A stretch of 64,000 bases of DNA, taken from contig CAYWKF010000011.1 of the NCBI GenBank assembly GCA_964459155.1, forward strand, positions 84,011-148,010, written 5' to 3'. The position numbers were made by a program, and so were the translations under genes. Positions 26,913-33,298 of this stretch are shown one piece after another. This DNA comes from an uncultured Desulfobacterales bacterium (lineage in GTDB: Bacteria; Desulfobacterota; Dissulfuribacteria; Dissulfuribacterales; JALVPX01). The stretch's first letter is position 1; each line of letters begins with the position of its first letter. Below the pieces are notes generated by a model, which worked only from the letters and a program-made list of their open reading frames with translations, did no database searches and was not told the origin of the DNA.

Positions 26913-27842
26913 TTAATGACCTCCTTTCAGGGCAACCATAATTTCTGGAGGCACCAAGAGCCCGTAAAGCATTTTCACGCAGACCAGCAAAACCAGAGAT
27001 GCCAACAGGATTTTTATCTGGTCGCCTTTCAAATGCTTGTTGATGATAGTCCCAATTTGCGCACCGAGTGTGGAGCCAAGCAGCAGGAGCAGGGCGAGTA
27101 CAAAATCAACGGTGTGATTGGAATAGGCCTGCATAATGGTTACATCAACGCATGTAAAAAGGATTTGGAACAAGCTGGTTCCCACCACTACGTGCATAGG
27201 CATTCTCAACATATAGACCATCACCGGCACCATTATGAAACCACCGCCAACTCCCATGATTGCTGCCAATATGCCTACAAATGCACCGAAGATTAGTGGA
27301 AGCAACAGGGAAATCTCAATACCAGATTTTTCAAATCTTGTTTGAAATGGAAGACTCTTCAGCATCTTGGCATATGCCGATTCTTTTTTGGTCTGCTGGG
27401 TGGCAGAAGGCGGCTTGTTTTGACTTCTCAAACCCTTGAGGCTGTCTACGAACATATAGGCGCCCACCCCACCTAGCATGATCACATAGGTTATTTTGAT
27501 CAAAAAATCTGCATTTCCCATGGCGCGCAAAATTTTGATTATTTGCACCCCAAGGGTTCCGCCTACGATGCCTCCAATGAGCAACAGAATACCCATCTTG
27601 AAATCCACATTGCCCAAACGCCAATGTGCCAGAGTTCCTGAGGTGGAAGCGCCTACTATCTGATTTGAGTCTGATGCCGCTGCCACTGTTGGGGGAATCC
27701 CAAACATAATCAACAGGGGCGTCATTAAGAAGCCTCCTCCAACACCAAAGATTCCAGAAAGCAGTCCTACAAACCCTCCTAAACCAAAGATTAGTAGGAT
27801 GTTTACGCTGTTCCCTGCAATGGGAAGATACATGTGAAACAT
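26913..27842 (-). CDS. TauE/SafE-family anion (sulfite/organosulfonate-type) permease
   Basis: 309 aa polytopic protein with repeated GxGGG motifs (GIFGVGGGFLMTPLL and AIMGVGGGFIMVPVM), the hallmark of TauE/SafE (DUF81). Confidence 0.8.
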   Translation of the reverse strand: MFHMYLPIAGNSVNILLIFGLGGFVGLLSGIFGVGGGFLMTPLLIMFGIPPTVAAASDSNQIVGASTSGTLAHWRLGNVDFKMGILLLIGGIVGGTLGVQIIKILRAMGNADFLIKITYVIMLGGVGAYMFVDSLKGLRSQNKPPSATQQTKKESAYAKMLKSLPFQTRFEKSGIEISLLLPLIFGAFVGILAAIMGVGGGFIMVPVMVYMLRMPMHVVVGTSLFQILFTCVDVTIMQAYSNHTVDFVLALLLLLGSTLGAQIGTIINKHLKGDQIKILLASLVLLVCVKMLYGLLVPPEIMVALKGGH

Positions 27843-27930
27843 TGTGCCTGATACCTCCTCGTAAGGTTTCGCTGAAATTGATGCGGCTCATAAAAGCCTT
27901 TGTTAATACCTTTAGGTTCAGACACAAATT

Positions 27931-27946
27931 GCAATGAAGATGCCAA
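27931..27946 (-). promoter_or_regulatory. Sigma-54 (-24/-12) promoter upstream of the TauE-dikinase operon
   Basis: The minus strand reads TGGCAT-CTTCA-TTGCA, against consensus TGGCAC-N5-TTGCW. GG and GC have the canonical spacing. It lies about 90 nt upstream of the ATG at 27842. Confidence 0.65.
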
Positions 27947-28035
27947 GAAATTGTCGGTTTGCTTTATAATTAAATTTAGTAAAAACAGTATATTATCTCC
28001 GGAAGGGTTTGTTGGTCTCAAAATTTGTGAATTAT

Positions 28036-28138
28036 GTTTCAAAGTGAAAAAATGGAGCTGTTTGGTGCAACCGCTTGAATTAAGACAAGTTTCAAATTGG
28101 ATGTGTTTAAGTGAGAGAGCGCATGTTTCAATTTGAAC
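28036..28138. promoter_or_regulatory. Three copies of a GTTTCAA-containing, partly palindromic motif; candidate enhancer (UAS) sites for the adjacent sigma-54 activator
   Basis: TGTTTCAAAGTGAAA (28036-28049, with inverted repeat TTTCA-N3-TGAAA), AGTTTCAAATTGG (28088-28100) and TGTTTCAATTTGAAC (28124-28138). They lie 90-190 bp upstream of the -24/-12 element. Confidence 0.4.
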
Positions 28139-28140
28139 CA

Positions 28141-29487
28141 CTATCCCTTTATCTGGAATTTTTTCATGCGCCTCCATAGGGTAGTGCGTGGAATATTCAA
28201 AATTTTACTGGCCAACTTCTTGTTGTAGCCAGTCTCTTTCAATACTTTCAATATGTGGAGCCTTTCCACTTCTTCCAAGGGCAACAATGGCTGGTTCTTC
28301 ATATCCCCGTTTTCCGACTCCATGTGTGAAAGTTCATCTGGCAAATGCTCAACGCCTATCTGTTTGTCATCAGCCAAGGCTATGGCCCTTTGTATGATGT
28401 TTTCAAGCTCTCTAACATTTCCAGGGAAGTCATATTTCATGAGCAGGCTCAGTGCCTCTGGGGTAATATTTTGAACCTCCTTTTTAAAGCGTCTTGAATA
28501 TTTTTTTATGAAATGTGTAATCAGCAGGGGAATATCTTCCTTCCTCTCTGCTAGACGGGGCAGCTCTATATTAACCACATTCAGCCGGTAATACAGGTCC
28601 TCCCTGAATTTTCCAGCCTTTATGGAGGTCTTTAGATCCACATTTGTGGCAGCGATGATGCGAACGTCCAAATCGATGGGCCTTGTACCTCCAACTCTAA
28701 GAATTTGCCTTTCTTGTAACACGTGCAGCAGTTTGACCTGCATGCTCATTGGCATTTCGCCTATTTCATCCAGAAATACGGTGCCGCCGTTTGCTGTTTC
28801 AAAAAGCCCTTTTTTGGTTGAATTAGCACCAGTAAAAGCCCCTTTTTCATACCCGAAGAGTTCGCTGCTTATAAGCTCCTCAGTAAAACTGGCGCAGTTG
28901 AAGTAAACAAAGGGCTTGGAGCGCCTTGGACTGAGTTTGTGGATTGCCTTGGCCACCATCTGTTTTCCAGTGCCTGTTTCAGCTTGAAGTAATACGTTGC
29001 AGTTGACCAGCGATACTTTTTTAATGAGTTTAAATATCTCCTGCATGGCAGGCCCTGCGCCCACAAAGCCATCAATAACGGCACTGGCGGCATTTGTCAT
29101 GCGCAGGGTTTTATTTTCAAATTTGAGCCTGAGGCTCTGTTTTGCCCTGTTTGCTATGAGGCATATGTCATGTTTTTTCAGGGGTTTTGTCAAATAATGG
29201 AAGGCGCCCATTTTGGTGGCTTCGACTGCCGAATCGATACTGGCATATCCAGTAATGATGATGGCCTCACTGTCAGGATTTGTATTTTTTACCCTTTTTA
29301 AAACCTCCAGGCCATCAATATCGGGCAGTTTCAAATCTATGAAAACCAGATGAAAGGTGGTCTCGGCCAATCTATTGAAAAAAAGCGATGCATTAGGGAA
29401 TGTTTCAACTTGAAACCTTTCCTTTTCGAGAAAGCGTTTCATCAAATTTCTTGCTACCTTCTCATCATCGATTACCGCTACTTTCAT
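28141..29487 (-). CDS. Sigma-54-dependent response regulator (NtrC family: receiver plus AAA+ plus Fis-type HTH)
   Basis: Receiver VFIDLKLPDIDG; Walker A ETGTGKQMVA; GAFTGA loop (YEKGAFTGA); GTVFLDEIGEM; C-terminal HTH ASKILNIPRTTLWRRMKK. Confidence 0.92.
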   Translation of the reverse strand: MKVAVIDDEKVARNLMKRFLEKERFQVETFPNASLFFNRLAETTFHLVFIDLKLPDIDGLEVLKRVKNTNPDSEAIIITGYASIDSAVEATKMGAFHYLTKPLKKHDICLIANRAKQSLRLKFENKTLRMTNAASAVIDGFVGAGPAMQEIFKLIKKVSLVNCNVLLQAETGTGKQMVAKAIHKLSPRRSKPFVYFNCASFTEELISSELFGYEKGAFTGANSTKKGLFETANGGTVFLDEIGEMPMSMQVKLLHVLQERQILRVGGTRPIDLDVRIIAATNVDLKTSIKAGKFREDLYYRLNVVNIELPRLAERKEDIPLLITHFIKKYSRRFKKEVQNITPEALSLLMKYDFPGNVRELENIIQRAIALADDKQIGVEHLPDELSHMESENGDMKNQPLLPLEEVERLHILKVLKETGYNKKLASKILNIPRTTLWRRMKKFQIKG

Positions 29488-30913
29488 TATCTTCTACCTT
29501 TTGGCCCTCAGGTTGGTACACCGGGAGAAATATTGAAAAAGTGGTCCCTTCCCCTAGCTTGCTCTTTACCTCAATATGGCCACCATGTTTTCTTATAATA
29601 CCATATACGATCGAAAGCCCCAGCCCTGTGCCTTTGCCCACTTCTTTAGTCGTAAAGAATGGATCAAAAATTTTATCCAGCATCTCTTCTGGTATGCCCT
29701 TGCCTGTATCGCTTATGTCAATACGCAGATAACCTTTGGGCTGCTCCCTTGCATCCACATATATGATACCACCCTGATCCATGGCCTGTATAGAATTCAA
29801 AAACAGATTTAGAAACGCCTGCTGCAACTTGTCTTCGTCGCCCAGAATGGGCGGCAGATCCGTCGGTATATCCACTCCGAAGTATATCTGTTTGATCATG
29901 AGTTCGTTGTCTATCAACTGCCGGGTTTTCTCTATTACATCGCAAATTTTGAGTGGTTTGATGGAAGGCTCCTTTTCCCGGGAAAAATCGAGCAGGTTTC
30001 TGACAATTTTGCTTGCCCGTTCAGTCTGTTCCAATATGTCTTTGATAATCTCTTTGGCCTCTTCGGGAGAAAGCTCTTCATATTCTTCATACAAAAGATC
30101 GGCAGACAAGGAGATGTTGTTCAAGGGGTTGTTGATCTCATGGGCAATGCCAGATGAAAATGTACCTATGGCGGCCATCTTTTTGGTCTGAAGTATTTCC
30201 TCATTCCGCATCTTCAATTCCTGAGCCATTTTGTTAAAAGCTTTGATCAAGTCAGATATTTCATCATGGATGGTTGAGTCATCTTCAATTGGCTCGAATT
30301 TATCTTCCAGCAAATCCTTTGTGGCCTTTTCCAATATTTTCAATCTATCTATTACCGGCCTGATTTGGAATTGAATAAATATGACCATTATAAAGCCCAG
30401 TGCACTAGGTATGATTACAAAGCTCCAAATGATATGTTTCAGCTCTTTGTGTATTTTGTTTTCCACCCTGTCTAGTATTGTATGACAGTAGTTTACTATC
30501 ATTTTGCCATATTTTCTCACTATGATAGGATTGAGTTTCTTCGTCTTTTTATAGGTCTTAAATAGCTGCTCATATTTATTCAGGCTGTAAATAAAGTCAG
30601 CATAGCTGTTTTCGTCGCTTATGCTTAGGATATCCTGTTCCCTATTTTGTATGTCTTCTTTGAGCTTTGATATGTATCTTGTTAATTTGTCAAGGTTATG
30701 TTCACCTACTTTTAGCAGGATATCTTTTTCATAACGTCTAATTTCTAGGGCATCTAACAATATATTATTGAACTGTTCGATGGTATTCAGTTTGCGCTCT
30801 ATACTCATGATATCCCAATAAAAGATACCAAAAATTATCAGAAAGAAACAAAGGATCATTACACTAAAGACGAGAATCTGCTCTTTTATGGTTAATCTAA
30901 GTATAGGAAACAT
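29465..30913 (-). CDS. Sensor histidine kinase (two TM segments flanking a ~150-aa extracytoplasmic region, HisKA, HATPase_c)
   Basis: H-box FSSGIAHEINNPLNNI, N-box LNLFLNSIQAM, G-boxes DTGKGIP and GTGLGLSIV. It overlaps the regulator start by 23 nt. Confidence 0.9.
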   Translation of the reverse strand: MFPILRLTIKEQILVFSVMILCFFLIIFGIFYWDIMSIERKLNTIEQFNNILLDALEIRRYEKDILLKVGEHNLDKLTRYISKLKEDIQNREQDILSISDENSYADFIYSLNKYEQLFKTYKKTKKLNPIIVRKYGKMIVNYCHTILDRVENKIHKELKHIIWSFVIIPSALGFIMVIFIQFQIRPVIDRLKILEKATKDLLEDKFEPIEDDSTIHDEISDLIKAFNKMAQELKMRNEEILQTKKMAAIGTFSSGIAHEINNPLNNISLSADLLYEEYEELSPEEAKEIIKDILEQTERASKIVRNLLDFSREKEPSIKPLKICDVIEKTRQLIDNELMIKQIYFGVDIPTDLPPILGDEDKLQQAFLNLFLNSIQAMDQGGIIYVDAREQPKGYLRIDISDTGKGIPEEMLDKIFDPFFTTKEVGKGTGLGLSIVYGIIRKHGGHIEVKSKLGEGTTFSIFLPVYQPEGQKVEDNESSGNR

Positions 30914-31046
30914 GATATTTTCTCCTTTGTGGAGTTATTTAGCAAAGAATATGCCCTGCCAGTTTGTGCCTTAATTGACAAATAATAATATAATAAAAAA
31001 TTATATCTTTAACTACTGTATCAATTGGGCAATGCCCTGATTATAA

Positions 31047-31316
31047 CCTTGCTTTTTTGGATGGTTCAAAGAGTACAACAAACAGGGTTTGAGAGCCGAT
31101 CTCGTAAGCGGAATCGCTGTGGCCCTTGTGCTCATACCCCAGTCCATGGCCTATGCACAATTGGCTGGCCTGCCTCCCTACTATGGCCTCTATGCCTCCT
31201 TTGTCTCCCCTGTGGTTGCAGCCCTTTTCCTACTGTGGCAAAGGACGTGGAAGAAGTCTGGGAAAATACCCATGTACCCGAGGAAGAGGAAATTTGTCCC
31301 TTGCGCAAGGTTGTGA
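31047..31316 (+). pseudogene. Remnant of a SulP-family sulfate/anion permease (N-terminal ~60 residues only)
   Basis: The frame encodes ..[56 protein letters not shown], the conserved SulP N-terminus. It has no start codon upstream. Similarity is lost after about 31229 and the frame stops at 31316. Confidence 0.7.
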
Positions 31317-31354
31317 AGAAAACTAGTTGAATAGAGTTGAAAAAATAATAAGGC

Positions 31355-31709
31355 TGGTGGAGGCGGCGGGAATCGAACCCGCGTCCGGAAGCATTCCACT
31401 CAAGCTTCTACGTGCGTAGCCTGGATTCCTTTTTTCACCCGACACCATCCATCCAGGCGGGATGGTGACGAGCTAGCTTGCAACTGTTTCACCCTTGAAG
31501 GGGCAAGCACCCTTCAAGCGGCTAGCCTGCTAGGTCGACGCCCAGGTCCCAGCGTGCAGGCCCGCTGGGTTGGACGCTGGCTGATTATGCAGCCAGTGCG
31601 TACTCGTATTCAGAGTCGGCGTTTGTGTTTTTGTCTGCCTTTTTACGAGGTGGCAGTCCTCGGCACGCCACTTGAGCTTCCATACCCCCGTCGAAGCCAG
31701 GTCGCCCCC
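31355..31709 (-). ncRNA. ssrA: tmRNA (transfer-messenger RNA)
   Basis: The minus strand starts GGGGGCGACCUGGCUUCGACGGGGG..GCCGAGG..CCUCGUAAAAAG and ends GGACGCGGGUUCGAUUCCCGCCGCCUCCACCA. The tag frame ends ..GCC GAC UCU GAA UAC GAG UAC GCA CUG GCU GCA UAA. By analogy with the E. coli layout the probable tag is ADSEYEYALAA, with resume codon GCC at 31618-31620. Confidence 0.95.
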
Positions 31710-31735
31710 ATGGAGATGGTTGCTCAGTTATTACA

Positions 31736-31763
31736 AATATAATTCTGTAAAAATGTGTGTCAA
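31736..31763 (-). promoter_or_regulatory. Possible sigma-70 promoter for ssrA
   Basis: The minus strand reads TTGACA, 16 nt, TATATT, ending 26 nt before the mature 5' end. tmRNA is processed from a precursor. Confidence 0.35.
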
Positions 31764-31856
31764 TCGCTTTGGCAGGGAATAAGTTGATATGAAAGGCCGT
31801 TAAGATTATAAAGAAGCTAATTTCCGAATCACGCACGGCCTTTGGGATTACATAAT

Positions 31857-32492
31857 ATGCCACAATCATATAGACACACGTTACTAGTTTTAGCTGTTTT
31901 CCTACAAATCTTTTTTGGTCTTAATCTGACAGGCTATTCCGTAACTGCCGCTGAAAATAGAGAATTTGATTCGAAAGTAGTACATCTTGGTAAAGAGATT
32001 GCGAACAAGTTCTTGTCCAATCTCATGGAATCCCTTGAAAACGTAATCAGTAACCAGGGAACTGCCAAGGCCGTGGCAGTTTATAAAGAGAAGGTCGATG
32101 AGATCACGAGAATGATCAAAAATGATCTCAACAATAAAGACATTGGTATTAAACTGTTGTCTCCCAGGTACCGAGATGTGGAAAATTCTCCTGATTATTA
32201 TGAAGAGCAGGCTTACCAGGATTTTCAAAAGGTGTGGAAAGACACTGGGAGATATCCACCCTATGTGATACAGGAAATCAGGAGGAACGGAAGGGTCTTA
32301 TACCGCTATTATGAACCTTTGTACGTAAAAAGGCTGTGTTTGAAATGTCATGGCACTTTGGAATCCTTAGACATTGAGGCCGTGAAGTGTATCAGACAAG
32401 AGCATCCCAACGACAATGCCGTTGGATACAAGCTTGGCGATCTTAGGGGCTTTATCAGGATAACTATTCCTCAAACCTTCATAGCACAATAA
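31857..32492 (+). CDS. DUF3365 (Tll0287-like) single c-heme sensor-domain protein
   Basis: TM/signal segment LLVLAVFLQIFFGL. The C-terminal YYEPLYVKRLCLKCHG (CxxCH) and GYKLGDLRGFIRITIP are typical of DUF3365. Confidence 0.6.
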   Translation: MPQSYRHTLLVLAVFLQIFFGLNLTGYSVTAAENREFDSKVVHLGKEIANKFLSNLMESLENVISNQGTAKAVAVYKEKVDEITRMIKNDLNNKDIGIKLLSPRYRDVENSPDYYEEQAYQDFQKVWKDTGRYPPYVIQEIRRNGRVLYRYYEPLYVKRLCLKCHGTLESLDIEAVKCIRQEHPNDNAVGYKLGDLRGFIRITIPQTFIAQ

Positions 32493-32496
32493 AGGC

Positions 32497-32943
32497 TTAA
32501 GACTGGGCATTATCGCAATTTTCACTGCTAGCGGTGCAGGTTTTTTTCTTCATCAATTTTTCAAAGGTGGCTTCTTTCAAAGTGGAGCGCAATTTTTCCC
32601 GTGCTTCTACCCATATTTCATGAACTGTGCACTCACCACTCATACGGCAGGATTCAGGCCTGATGACACATTGATTGAGGGTGATTTCCCCGGTAACCGA
32701 TTCAATAACATCTAATAGAGTGATGTCTTGGGGTGATTTCACAAGCCTATATCCGCCACTCTTGCCTTGCAGAATTTCGATAAAACCAGATTTTGCCAAT
32801 TGTTGAGCAATTTTTGCCAAAAATTGTGACGGTACGTCGCAATGTTCCGAAATTTCCTTCCGGCTTGTCAACACTCCTTGTCCCTTGTGGGATAGGTATA
32901 GTACCGCCCTTACGGCGTATTCTCCTGCCATGGTCAATCGCAT
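32497..32943 (-). CDS. Rrf2-family transcriptional regulator with a three-Cys cluster-binding motif (IscR/NsrR-like)
   Basis: MRLTMAGEYAVRAVLYLS..EISEHCDVPSQFLAKIAQQLAKSGFIEILQGKSGGYRL, followed by C-x6-C-x5-C (CVIRPESCRMSGEC). Confidence 0.85.
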   Translation of the reverse strand: MRLTMAGEYAVRAVLYLSHKGQGVLTSRKEISEHCDVPSQFLAKIAQQLAKSGFIEILQGKSGGYRLVKSPQDITLLDVIESVTGEITLNQCVIRPESCRMSGECTVHEIWVEAREKLRSTLKEATFEKLMKKKTCTASSENCDNAQS

Positions 32944-33298
32944 TTTATCTTCCTGTTGAAGTTCGAATTAAGATTAAAAAGATCTTTTTAGTCTAAAAAA
33001 TATCTTTTTGCAATCTTTTAAGTATCAGGCCGATTTTGCTCCATCTTTGTGAAAATAGATTATAACTGGTTGTTTTTTTCCATCTAATTTTTGTGTGTTC
33101 CTTAATATAAACAATTGACGAGTTTATTTCATATCTATTTTTATTTTTTACCGCCTTTTCCTTGACACAGAGCCATTCAGTCTGGTTTTATTTTTATCGA
33201 TCAGTCAATAGCGCAAATGCAGTGAAATTTTTAACTAAAACATTTTGCATTTGCTGGTTTTTTTCCGCTTTTAAGCCTATGTGATGAGGAGGTTTGGC

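Noticed and set aside
28063-28078. Plus-strand TGGTGC-N5-CTTGA, which resembles a sigma-54 promoter
   Set aside because: The -12 element is shifted by one base (TG where GC is required). It also points into the 3' end of the converging regulator gene.
31025-31330. Two further overlapping ORFs (101 aa and 66 aa) in other frames over the SulP remnant
   Set aside because: Only the frame encoding ..[38 protein letters not shown].. has family similarity. The others have none.
31585-31869. 94-aa ORF on the minus strand overlapping ssrA
   Set aside because: It runs through the tmRNA gene. Only its last 11-17 codons, the tag template, are meaningful.
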